Origin: an uncultured Muribaculaceae bacterium
GTDB lineage: Bacteria > Bacteroidota > Bacteroidia > Bacteroidales > Muribaculaceae
Length of the DNA stretch: 64,000 nucleotides
Direction of reading: 5' to 3'
Assembly (NCBI GenBank): GCA_910584495.1
Contig: CAJUAR010000001.1
Span: forward strand, 15,733-79,732
A program made the position numbers and the translations under genes. Shown in pieces: positions 1 through 8,862 of the stretch. The notes under the pieces are model-generated. The model was not told the origin of the DNA. It did no database searches and saw only the letters and a list, made by a program, of their open reading frames with translations. The first letter of the stretch is position 1; each line of letters opens with the position of its first letter.

Positions 1-1
1 T

Positions 2-526
2 TTTCGAAACGACATAGACAACATTATGGGCTATATCCATGTGAGCGAACTCTTCGACCCATCAGTCGACTGGAAGGAACGCATCAAGCCCGTGCTCTAT
101 ACACCTGAAAATCTCATGGCCAACACCATGATGCGCCGCCTGCTGCAGCAAAAACGCTCCATTGCCATTGTCATCGACGAGTTTGGCGGCACTGCCGGCA
201 TGCTCACCCTCGAAGACCTCATGGAAGAAATCTGCGGCGACATAGAAGACGAGCACGACACCAACAGCCTCACTGCCAAAGAAGTGGAACCGGGTGTCTA
301 CGAAATGTCGGCACGCTGCGAAATTGCCGAAATCAACGAGCATTTCCACCTCAACCTCCCGGAGGACGACAGCTACCAGACAATCGCCGGATATATTCTC
401 CACACCACCGGCACCATTCCGGCCGAAGGTGCGTCTGTGATGATTGACAATCTGCGCTTCGACATCCTCAAAAAATCGGACAACCGTCTGGAACTCATAC
501 GCATGACAGCCTCTACCGATGAATGA
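2..526 (+). CDS. Hemolysin/CorC-family membrane protein, C-terminal fragment (CBS pair + CorC_HlyC domain); N-terminus lies upstream of the window
   Basis: The frame of ORF 26..526 is open back to the window edge. The text [33 protein letters not shown] is the typical CBS-to-CorC_HlyC junction of this family. Confidence 0.75.
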   Translation, partial: FRNDIDNIMGYIHVSELFDPSVDWKERIKPVLYTPENLMANTMMRRLLQQKRSIAIVIDEFGGTAGMLTLEDLMEEICGDIEDEHDTNSLTAKEVEPGVYEMSARCEIAEINEHFHLNLPEDDSYQTIAGYILHTTGTIPAEGASVMIDNLRFDILKKSDNRLELIRMTASTDE

Positions 527-704
527 GCCTACAGCCGTCAAAGCATAAAAAAAATTCATATTCTGAGCGGAGAGACAAACAATAGAGGGACTGTGAACGT
601 TTAGCATTATGAAACACCCCGGTTGGCGGTGCCTATCGAGGGCTTTCGGGAACTAAGGTTCAACATCTACAATTTATTTACTCTCCAATCAATTCTCAGA
701 AATT

Positions 705-1838
705 ATGAAAACAAACTTACTTACAGCGATCGGCTTGGCTGTCGTATCCGGCTTTTCACTAGGTGCCCAAACAGTGGAAGAGCCCTCGACATTCGCCAAT
801 GTTTATATCGGCGCAGGAGGTGGCGTTGTCACACCTATGCACAATCACCCCTTCTTCGGAGCAATGCGCGGCTCGGCCGGAGTTTTCATAGGCAAACAGC
901 TGACGCCCACTTTTGGCGTGGGTATTGAAAGCGCATTCAGTGTAAACACATCATCGTGGGGCGGTCCTCGTTCGGCCAATGCGTTCGACAACAGCTATGT
1001 CGGTCTCTATGGCACGGTCGACCTCTTCAATCTTTTTGGCGGCTATCAGTGCGCCACTCGTCCTTTCAGCATCGAAGCTCTTGCCGGCGCAGGCTGGGGA
1101 CACGACTACTACCCCAAGAGCGTGGCTCAGGACTATAACTACTTCGCCACAAAATTCGGCCTCAACTTCAACTTCAACGTCACCGACAATGTTACCATCG
1201 CCCTCAAACCCGCCCTTACGTGGAATATGAATGGCGAATACGAACAAAGCAACGTGGGCTACAACATCAACGATGCCACCTTCTCGCTCTTTGCCACAGT
1301 GGCCTACCGCTTTGGCGACGGCTTCCCCTGCGTGAAGCCCTACGATGCCGCACAGGTGAACTCTCTTAATGCCCGCATCAACGAACTCCGCAACCAGGTA
1401 GCTGCCGAAAGCGCCAATGCCGAACAGTGGGCAACACGTGCCCAAAGCCTTGCCGCCGACCTCGATTCGTGCCGTGCTCACAAACCGCAGATTATAACCA
1501 AAGTTGAAAACAATCTCAGCTCGGTTCGCTTCGTCTTCTTCCGCGTAGGGTCGCACGCCATCACTGCTGACCAGCGGCCAAATGTCGAAATGATTGCCGA
1601 CTACATGAAGAACCATCCTAAATCGAATGTTGTAATCAAGGGTTACGCTTCGCCCGAAGGAAACTACGAATTCAACGTCAAACTCGCCCAGGCTCGTGCC
1701 GACGCTGTGAAAAACGTCCTAATCAGCAAATATAAAATTGCAGCAAGCCGTATCACCGCCGAAGGCGAAGGCATTGGCAAAATGTTTGAAGAAGAATCGT
1801 GGAACCGCGTAAGCATCTGCACACTCGAAACAGAATAA
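705..1838 (+). CDS. OmpA-family outer-membrane protein (beta-barrel, coiled-coil linker, C-terminal OmpA peptidoglycan-binding domain)
   Basis: Signal peptide MKTNLLTAIGLAVVSGFSLGAQ. Heptad-like linker LNARINELRNQVAAESANAEQW. C-terminal VVIKGYASPEGNYEFNVKLAQARADAV is an OmpA_C motif. Confidence 0.8.
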   Translation: MKTNLLTAIGLAVVSGFSLGAQTVEEPSTFANVYIGAGGGVVTPMHNHPFFGAMRGSAGVFIGKQLTPTFGVGIESAFSVNTSSWGGPRSANAFDNSYVGLYGTVDLFNLFGGYQCATRPFSIEALAGAGWGHDYYPKSVAQDYNYFATKFGLNFNFNVTDNVTIALKPALTWNMNGEYEQSNVGYNINDATFSLFATVAYRFGDGFPCVKPYDAAQVNSLNARINELRNQVAAESANAEQWATRAQSLAADLDSCRAHKPQIITKVENNLSSVRFVFFRVGSHAITADQRPNVEMIADYMKNHPKSNVVIKGYASPEGNYEFNVKLAQARADAVKNVLISKYKIAASRITAEGEGIGKMFEEESWNRVSICTLETE

Positions 1839-1975
1839 ATTGATAAATGCAAAAAGCACAGACATAAATAACAACATAAAACAACATTAGCAACGCGGGG
1901 CCGGCAATCACCGACCCCTCGTTGCGCAATTTAAAAACACGGCCATCAGGCCTCAAAAAATCTTCTTTCTATACT

Positions 1976-2254
1976 ATGTCAGAACTATGGATTAATATCA
2001 TCGGCTACTCGGCCAGTATCTGCATGATTCTTGGCTACTTGCCTCAGGCCTTAACCACAATACGCACACGCCAGACCGACGGCATTGCAATGCCGACATT
2101 CTGCATGCTGGGGCTCGGAAGCATATTCTTTGTCGTTCAGGGCTTTGCGCTCCACAACTGGCCATTGGTCATTACCAACGTCATTGCCACAGTGTGCTCG
2201 CTAATCACTTTCGGAATCAAAGTTTACAACGACTACTTCAAAAATAAACCTTGA
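1976..2254 (+). CDS. SemiSWEET / PQ-loop small membrane transporter (about 92 aa, 3 predicted TM helices)
   Basis: MSELWINIIGYSASICMILGYLPQALTTIRTRQTDGIAM carries the PQ motif after TM1. I chose the internal Met (codon 19 of ORF 1922..2254) because the upstream extension is basic and non-hydrophobic. Confidence 0.6.
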   Translation: MSELWINIIGYSASICMILGYLPQALTTIRTRQTDGIAMPTFCMLGLGSIFFVVQGFALHNWPLVITNVIATVCSLITFGIKVYNDYFKNKP

Positions 2255-2361
2255 ATTAAAAAAAATTAACACATCACACCGGGCTTGCTCTTTCATCTTT
2301 GCCATAAAATTGCTAACTTAGCAAGTTAGAAAGAACGCAACCCAAAAAAAATAACAGTGAA

Positions 2362-3453
2362 ATGGATCAGAAAAACCATCGATACTGCGTGATTATGTGT
2401 GGCGGAATCGGCTCGCGATTCTGGCCCTATAGCCGTGCTGCTCTTCCAAAACAGTTCATCGACTTTTTAGGAACGGGGCGCACACTTCTGCAGATGAGCT
2501 ACGACCGCATCAGCGGAATAATTCCGAAGCAGAACATCCTCATTATGACCAACGAGCGATATGCCGGCCTTGTGGCCGAACAGCTGCCCGAAATAAGCCG
2601 CGACCAGATTCTGCTCGAACCGGCACGACGGAACACCGCGCCTTGCATTGCTTGGGCGGCATGGCACATCGCCGCCCGCGACCCTGAAGCCTCTATGATT
2701 GTCATACCCTCCGACCATGTAATAACTCGCGAAAACTTGTTTGTGGAGAGTGTGCTCCAAGGCTTCGACTTTGTAGAGAGCCACAATGCCCTGCTCACAT
2801 TCGGCATCGAGCCCACACGCCCCGAAACAGGCTACGGCTACATACAGATCGGAGAACGTGTGTCGGAAAATATGAACAAGGTGAAAACATTCACCGAAAA
2901 GCCCGACCTCGAGCTTGCAAAAGTCTTTATTGCCTCAGGCGAATTCTTCTGGAATTCCGGCATTTTTCTATGGCGCACAAGCACCATCATCGAAGCCCTG
3001 CGCAAACATGTTTCCGACCTGGACTCAGTTTTTGCCGCTGCGCCCTCAAGCGTCTACACCGACCCTGCCGCCGAACGCGCCTTTATATCTGAAGCCTACC
3101 CCGGATGCGTGAGCATATCCATCGACTACTCAGTGATGGAGAAAGCCGACAATGTCTATGTGGAAACGGTGAGCTTCGGATGGAACGACCTCGGCACCTG
3201 GAGCGCGCTCTACGACCTGTCGCCAAAGAACAGCGAGACTAACGTAACCCAGAATTGCAACGTTCTGGCCTATAACAGCCGGCGCAACATATTTGCCATC
3301 CGCGGCGAGAAGCTTATTGTCGTCGACGGCCTCGAAGACTATATCGTTGCCGATGCCGACGGCGTGCTCCTTATCTGCCCCAAGGCACGCGAGCAGAAAA
3401 TCAAGAATATGGTTAATGATGCCAAACTGAAATTTGGCGACAAATACGAATAA
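2362..3453 (+). CDS. Mannose-1-phosphate guanylyltransferase (nucleotidyltransferase family)
   Basis: N-terminal CVIMCGGIGSRFWPYSRAALPKQFIDF is a sugar-nucleotidyltransferase P-loop-like motif. The 363-aa length is typical of the Bacteroidetes ManC type. Confidence 0.8.
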   Translation: MDQKNHRYCVIMCGGIGSRFWPYSRAALPKQFIDFLGTGRTLLQMSYDRISGIIPKQNILIMTNERYAGLVAEQLPEISRDQILLEPARRNTAPCIAWAAWHIAARDPEASMIVIPSDHVITRENLFVESVLQGFDFVESHNALLTFGIEPTRPETGYGYIQIGERVSENMNKVKTFTEKPDLELAKVFIASGEFFWNSGIFLWRTSTIIEALRKHVSDLDSVFAAAPSSVYTDPAAERAFISEAYPGCVSISIDYSVMEKADNVYVETVSFGWNDLGTWSALYDLSPKNSETNVTQNCNVLAYNSRRNIFAIRGEKLIVVDGLEDYIVADADGVLLICPKAREQKIKNMVNDAKLKFGDKYE

Positions 3454-3468
3454 CGCACACAAGCCCAA

Positions 3469-5253
3469 ATGATAGACAAAATAATAGCACAAGCCACGGC
3501 ACGCGCCCTGGCATCGCTCTACAATCTCAATGTCGACCCCGCCTCCATTGTTCCACAGGCCACACGAAAAGAATTTGAAGGCAACCTCACAATTGTGGTG
3601 TTTCCATGGGTGAAAGCCGCACGTCTTGCCCCGGAAGCTCTGGCAAATGCCCTGGGGCAGTACCTGGTGGAAACCGAAGCGGCTGTCGAAGCCTTCAATG
3701 TGGTGAAAGGCTTTCTCAACATTGTCATTGCCCCAACCTATTGGAACAATATCCTAAAGGACATCGAGGCCCGGCCCAACTATGGCATAAAAGAAGCCGG
3801 CAGCGATGCTCCGCTGGTGATGGTGGAATACTCCTCGCCCAACACCAACAAGCCCCTCCACCTGGGCCACCTGCGAAACATATTGCTGGGCAGCAGTTTG
3901 TCGAAAATCATTGCCGCTTGCGGAAATAAAGTTGTTAAAACCAACATTGTCAACGACCGCGGCATCCACATCTGCAAGTCGATGCTCGCATGGCAGCGAT
4001 GGTTCGACGGAAAAACGCCACAAGAAGCCGGCATCAAAGGCGACCACCTGGTGGGCGACTGCTATGTGGCTTTCGACAAGCACTATAAAGCCGAACTCAA
4101 AGAACTCAAAGCCAAAGGCATGAGCGATGAAGAGGCCGAAGCAGCCTCCACCCTCATGGCCGATGCCCGCTCCATGCTCCGCGCATGGGAGGCCGGCGAC
4201 CCCGAAGTGCGCGCCCTCTGGCAGAAGATGAACGGATGGGTATATGCAGGATTCGACGAAACATACAAACGAATGGGTGTGGGTTTCGACAAAATCTACT
4301 ATGAATCGCAAACCTATCTCGACGGTAAAAAGAAAGTGCTCGAAGGCCTCGAAAAAGGTCTGCTCTACCGCCGCGACGACGGCTCGGTGTGGGCCGACCT
4401 CACACCGCAGGGCCTCGACCACAAGCTGCTGCTGCGCTCCGACGGCACCTCTGTCTACATGACCCAGGACATAGGCACCGCCAAGCAGCGCTTCGACGAC
4501 TATCCAATCGACAAAATGATCTATGTGGTTGGCAACGAACAGAACTACCATTTCCAGGTACTCTCCATCCTTCTCGACCGTCTCGGCTTCAAATGGGGCA
4601 AAGACCTTGTCCACTTCAGCTACGGCATGGTAGAACTCCCCGAAGGCAAGATGAAGAGCCGCGAAGGAACAGTTGTCGATGCCGACGACCTTATGGCCGA
4701 AATGGTTGCTACAGCCCGCGAAGTTTCGCAGCAGCTTGGCAAGCTCGACGGACTGAGCGAAAAAGAAATCGACGACATTGCCGAAACCGTCGGCATGGGC
4801 GCTCTAAAGTATTTCCTCCTCAAGGTCGACCCACGTAAGAACATGACCTTCAACCCCAAGGAATCAATCGATTTCAACGGCAATACCGGGCCTTTCATCC
4901 AGTACACCTACGCCCGTATCCGCTCGGTGCTCCGCCGCTCTGCCGACGAAGGCTTTAATACCGCCGACTACAGCCAAGTGGTGCCCAACGAACGCGAAAT
5001 CACCCTTATACAACGGCTTGCCGACTTCCCCGACACAGTGGCACAGGCCGGCCGCGAATATTCGCCGGCCCTCATCGCCAATTATGCCTACGACCTTGTG
5101 AAGGAGTACAACCAGTTCTACCACGACTGCTCAATCCTGCGCGAGGAAGACCCGGCCAAGCGCTCGCTGCGCCTTGCCTTGTCGGATGCAACCGCCAAGA
5201 CGGTGCGCACGGCCATGAGCCTGCTCGGAATCAACGTCCCCGAACGAATGTAA
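3469..5253 (+). CDS. argS: Arginine--tRNA ligase
   Basis: 594 aa. Class I HIGH-type motif SSPNTNKPLHLGHLRN and the DALR anticodon-binding end (ALIANYAYDLVKEYNQFYH). Confidence 0.93.
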   Translation: MIDKIIAQATARALASLYNLNVDPASIVPQATRKEFEGNLTIVVFPWVKAARLAPEALANALGQYLVETEAAVEAFNVVKGFLNIVIAPTYWNNILKDIEARPNYGIKEAGSDAPLVMVEYSSPNTNKPLHLGHLRNILLGSSLSKIIAACGNKVVKTNIVNDRGIHICKSMLAWQRWFDGKTPQEAGIKGDHLVGDCYVAFDKHYKAELKELKAKGMSDEEAEAASTLMADARSMLRAWEAGDPEVRALWQKMNGWVYAGFDETYKRMGVGFDKIYYESQTYLDGKKKVLEGLEKGLLYRRDDGSVWADLTPQGLDHKLLLRSDGTSVYMTQDIGTAKQRFDDYPIDKMIYVVGNEQNYHFQVLSILLDRLGFKWGKDLVHFSYGMVELPEGKMKSREGTVVDADDLMAEMVATAREVSQQLGKLDGLSEKEIDDIAETVGMGALKYFLLKVDPRKNMTFNPKESIDFNGNTGPFIQYTYARIRSVLRRSADEGFNTADYSQVVPNEREITLIQRLADFPDTVAQAGREYSPALIANYAYDLVKEYNQFYHDCSILREEDPAKRSLRLALSDATAKTVRTAMSLLGINVPERM

Positions 5254-5277
5254 AAATTCAAAATTCAAAATTATATT

Positions 5278-5988
5278 ATGAACAACTACAACTACAGCTA
5301 TAACGTGGAGCAACCCAGCCCCGTAGCCATGGCCGCAAAAGTGAACTCGGCCATGAAGAGCGTATATCTGCGCATGACCCTTGCTCTGGTAGTGACTGCT
5401 CTCACTGCTCTCTTCTGCTCATCGAGCCAGGAATTCGTCACCTACTACATCACACACAGCTGGCTGATGTGGGTTCTTATCATCGCCGAATTCGGCCTTG
5501 TGATCGGCATCTCGGCCGGTATCAACAAGCTCAGCAGCCCGGCAGCCACTGCCTTGTTCTTCCTCTTTGCCATGGTCAACGGCATGATGCTCAGCACCAT
5601 CTTCCTGGTATACAGCGCCACAGCCATCACCAAGACATTTTTCATCACCGCCGGCACATTCGGCGCTATGAGCGTCTACGGCTATTTCACCGACCGCGAC
5701 CTCTCAAAGATAGGCTCATACCTCTTCATGGGCCTGATCGGCCTGATTATTGCCTCGTTGGTCAACATCTTCCTGCACAGCTCAACGCTCGACTGGATTG
5801 TGTCGATTGCCGGCGTTGCCATCTTCATCGGCCTGACAGCATGGGACACCCAGCAAATAAAAGCCATGGCCATGACCGCTCCGCGCGAAAGCATAGGCCG
5901 TCTTGCAACAATCGGCGCACTGTCGCTCTATCTCGATTTCATCAATCTGTTCCTCTATCTGTTGCGCATCTTCGGCAACCGCGACTAA
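5278..5988 (+). CDS. BAX inhibitor-1/YccA family membrane protein
   Basis: 236 aa with about 7 TM helices. The C-terminal DFINLFLYLLRIFG motif is typical of the Bax1-I family. Confidence 0.8.
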   Translation: MNNYNYSYNVEQPSPVAMAAKVNSAMKSVYLRMTLALVVTALTALFCSSSQEFVTYYITHSWLMWVLIIAEFGLVIGISAGINKLSSPAATALFFLFAMVNGMMLSTIFLVYSATAITKTFFITAGTFGAMSVYGYFTDRDLSKIGSYLFMGLIGLIIASLVNIFLHSSTLDWIVSIAGVAIFIGLTAWDTQQIKAMAMTAPRESIGRLATIGALSLYLDFINLFLYLLRIFGNRD

Positions 5989-6007
5989 AAACACCTGTTT
6001 TTAACAA

Positions 6008-7363
6008 ATGGACTTCCGGAAGCGTTATGCTCCCACATATAAGGCTATCCTCTGGTTAGCCTTTCCTTTGCTCCTTGGCCAGCTGGGGAACATTGCCGTG
6101 AGTTTTGCCGACAACATTATGGTGGGCCATTACTCGCGGCAAGCCCTCGCTTCGGCCTCTTTTGTCAACAACATCTTCAACATAGCCATTTTTGCATCGC
6201 TGGGCTTCACCTACGGCCTCACACCCATTGTGGGCGCAATGTTTGCCCGTGGCGAAGACAGGGGCATCGGACGGACAGTGCGTGTGGGTCTCATTGTCAG
6301 CATTGTATTCACCATCGTGCTGTCGCTGCTCATGCTCCTGCTCTACTTCAACGTCCACCGGCTTGGCCAACCCGAGCACCTGCTACCGCTCATCCGGCCC
6401 TACTTTCTGACAGTACTCGCCGGCATGTTGCCTGTGGCAATTTTCAATGTCCTGGCCCAATGGAGTTTCGGCATAGGACGCACAGGCTTGCCGACATGGA
6501 TAATTCTGGGATGCAACGTGCTCAACATCGCCGGCAACTATATCTTGATATTCGGCAAGCTCGGGGCTCCCGAGATGGGGCTCCTCGGCGCGGGCTACAG
6601 CACATTGTTTTCGCGCATTGTCGGCGCCGTGGTCATTGCCCTGGTGTTTTTCTATGGCCGTGCGGGTCGTAAGTTTATAGGCGGCTTTGTCCACGACCGC
6701 ACCCTTGCCGGCGAACCACGCGAGATTTTTTCCAAAGGCTTCCCTGTCGCTATACAGATGGCCTGCGAGACAGCCTCCTTCTCGGGTTCGGCAGTCATCG
6801 CCGGATGGCTCGGCGAGGTGAGCCTTGCCGCCTTCCAGGTGTTTGTAACCAGCAGCATGCTTGGCTTCTGCCTATACTACAGCATAGGAGCCGCCATGGC
6901 CATACCGGTGAGCCATGCCGCCGGCCGTGCCGACAACGCCGCCATGCGTCACACAGCACGTGCAGGCTATCACATTATCCTTGTCACAATGCTTGCTGTG
7001 TGCGTTATGCTCTATTTCTGCGCACGCCACATCATGGGCCTCTTCACCTCCGATGCCGAAGTCGTTGGTCTGGCAGTGTCGGTAATAATACCCATGATAC
7101 TCTACCAGTTCGGCGACGCTACTCAGATTACATTTGCCAACGCCCTTCGTGGCACAGCCAACGTCGGCCCCATGCTGTGGATTGCCGTGGTGAGCTATCT
7201 CATCATCGGACTGCCGGCATCGTGGTTCTTTGCATTGCCTCTGGGACTGGGGCTATATGGCATAGTGCTCAGTTTCTCGGTGTGCCTCCTCTTGGCCGCC
7301 GGTGCATATTTCTATTTCTTTATGCGCACCACCGGAGCAAAATTAAAACAGGCCACAAAATAA
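6008..7363 (+). CDS. MATE family efflux transporter
   Basis: 451 aa with 12 TM helices. The start ILWLAFPLLLGQLGNIAVSFADNIMVGH is the MatE signature. Confidence 0.85.
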   Translation: MDFRKRYAPTYKAILWLAFPLLLGQLGNIAVSFADNIMVGHYSRQALASASFVNNIFNIAIFASLGFTYGLTPIVGAMFARGEDRGIGRTVRVGLIVSIVFTIVLSLLMLLLYFNVHRLGQPEHLLPLIRPYFLTVLAGMLPVAIFNVLAQWSFGIGRTGLPTWIILGCNVLNIAGNYILIFGKLGAPEMGLLGAGYSTLFSRIVGAVVIALVFFYGRAGRKFIGGFVHDRTLAGEPREIFSKGFPVAIQMACETASFSGSAVIAGWLGEVSLAAFQVFVTSSMLGFCLYYSIGAAMAIPVSHAAGRADNAAMRHTARAGYHIILVTMLAVCVMLYFCARHIMGLFTSDAEVVGLAVSVIIPMILYQFGDATQITFANALRGTANVGPMLWIAVVSYLIIGLPASWFFALPLGLGLYGIVLSFSVCLLLAAGAYFYFFMRTTGAKLKQATK

Positions 7364-7374
7364 GTCCACAATTT

Positions 7375-7406
7375 TTTGCACTTGAAGCGCAATTGTATTA
7401 ACTTTG
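7375..7406 (+). promoter_or_regulatory. Candidate pyrH-frr promoter (-33 TTTG, 20-nt spacer, -7 TAACTTTG)
   Basis: TTTG at 7375..7378 and TAACTTTG at 7399..7406, 16 nt upstream of the pyrH ATG. Confidence 0.45.
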
Positions 7407-7422
7407 CCAAAAACAGTAGAAC

Positions 7423-8133
7423 ATGACACCGAAATATACACGAATTCTTCTCAAGCTCAGCGGCGAATCGCTCATGGGCGCCCAAGGTTATGGCATAGAT
7501 GCCGAACATCTTGCATTGTATGCACGTCAGATAGCTGCCCTGTCGGACAGCGGCGTTGAAGTGGCTATCGTCATTGGCGGCGGCAACATTTTCCGCGGCC
7601 TCAGCGGTGCTGCCAAAGGATTCGACCGTGTGAAAGGCGACCAGATGGGCATGCTTGCCACAGTCATCAACTCGCTGGCCCTCAGCTCGGCTCTCGAAAG
7701 CCTCGGCCATGCAGCCCGCGTGCTCACCGCCGTCAACATGTTCCCCATCGGCGAGCCCTACAGCCCCGCACGAGCCCTCGAAACCCTCAAAGACGGTCGC
7801 ATAGCCATCATTGCCGGAGGCACGGGCAACCCCTTCTTCACCACCGATACAGCTTCGGCACTCCGCGCCGTCGAGACCCGCGCCCAGGTGATGCTCAAAG
7901 GCACACGCGTGGACGGCATCTACACCGCCGACCCCGAAAAGGACCCCACGGCCACCAAGTTCGACAAAATTACCTACGACGAAATCTACAACCGGGGCCT
8001 GCGCATCATGGACCTTACGGCCACAACTCTCTGTCGCGAGAATGGCATGAAAATCATTGTCTTCGACATGGACACTCCCGGCAACCTCGAAAAAGTGGTA
8101 AGCGGCGAGCCTATCGGCACTCTTGTATATTAA
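7423..8133 (+). CDS. pyrH: UMP kinase
   Basis: YTRILLKLSGESLMG and AIVIGGGNIFRG motifs; 236 aa. It is followed by frr, the conserved pyrH-frr pair. Confidence 0.93.
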   Translation: MTPKYTRILLKLSGESLMGAQGYGIDAEHLALYARQIAALSDSGVEVAIVIGGGNIFRGLSGAAKGFDRVKGDQMGMLATVINSLALSSALESLGHAARVLTAVNMFPIGEPYSPARALETLKDGRIAIIAGGTGNPFFTTDTASALRAVETRAQVMLKGTRVDGIYTADPEKDPTATKFDKITYDEIYNRGLRIMDLTATTLCRENGMKIIVFDMDTPGNLEKVVSGEPIGTLVY

Positions 8134-8153
8134 TTTAAAAAAAACATACAACC

Positions 8154-8714
8154 ATGACAGACCCCAAGACCTATATCGACCCGGCCGAAGAGAAGATGAT
8201 GATGGCCATCGAATACCTCGACGAGACCCTGGCACGCATTCGCGCCGGCAAAGCCAATCCTAAAATTCTCGACGGTGTGAAAGTTGACTATTACGGCTCG
8301 CTGGCCCCTATATCGAATGTGGCAAACATCAGCGTGCCCGATGCCCGCACAATTGTCATCACTCCATGGGAGAAGGCAATGTTCAAAGTAATTGAAAAGG
8401 CTATTATCAACTCCGAAGTGGGCATCACCCCCGAAAACAACGGCGAGGTGATCCGTCTGTCCATTCCACCGCTCACCGAGGACCGTCGCAAAGCCCTTGT
8501 AAAACAATGCAAGGCCGAAGCCGAGAACGCCAAGGTGTCGGTGCGCAACGCTCGCCGCGACGCTATCGACGGACTGAAGAAAGCTGTGAAACAAGGCATG
8601 CCCGAGGACGTGGAAAAGGATGCCGAAGCAAAGGTGCAGAAAATACACGACAAATATCTCAAACGCATCGACGAAATATTCGGTGCCAAGGAAAAAGAAA
8701 TTCTCACAGTATAG
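8154..8714 (+). CDS. frr: Ribosome recycling factor
   Basis: 186 aa. [20 protein letters not shown] and [31 protein letters not shown] are typical RRF text. Confidence 0.93.
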   Translation: MTDPKTYIDPAEEKMMMAIEYLDETLARIRAGKANPKILDGVKVDYYGSLAPISNVANISVPDARTIVITPWEKAMFKVIEKAIINSEVGITPENNGEVIRLSIPPLTEDRRKALVKQCKAEAENAKVSVRNARRDAIDGLKKAVKQGMPEDVEKDAEAKVQKIHDKYLKRIDEIFGAKEKEILTV

Positions 8715-8737
8715 AATTTACTTTTCAAGCCAAAGAA

Positions 8738-8765
8738 GGGCGGCCTTGCGGTCGCCCTTTTCTAT
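8738..8765 (+). terminator. Intrinsic terminator of pyrH-frr
   Basis: GGGCGGCC-TTGC-GGTCGCCC forms an 8 bp stem with one G.U pair, followed by TTTTCTATTCT. Confidence 0.7.
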
Positions 8766-8788
8766 TCTAATTTTGCAGCCCTACAGGC

Positions 8789-8819
8789 AAAAAGTCAGCC
8801 CGGCGACTTGGCCGGGCTG
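8789..8819 (-). terminator. Intrinsic terminator of carAB
   Basis: Perfect 9-bp stem CAGCCCGGC/GCCGGGCTG with a 6-nt loop. The minus-strand RNA continues ACUUUUUGCC. Confidence 0.7.
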
Positions 8820-8862
8820 AAAAGTATGTAGGTTTACCTTTAAAAATTTGCTGAAATTATTC

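Noticed and set aside
1891-1924. Hairpin after the OmpA-like gene as a terminator
   Set aside because: The 10-bp stem has a mismatch, the loop is 14 nt, and there is no T-tract. This is too weak to call.
5254-5274. AAAATTC AAAATTC AAAATTA 7-bp triplet between argS and the BI-1 gene
   Set aside because: It is very short and A/T-rich, most likely just spacer or ribosome-loading sequence. Nothing else supports a function.
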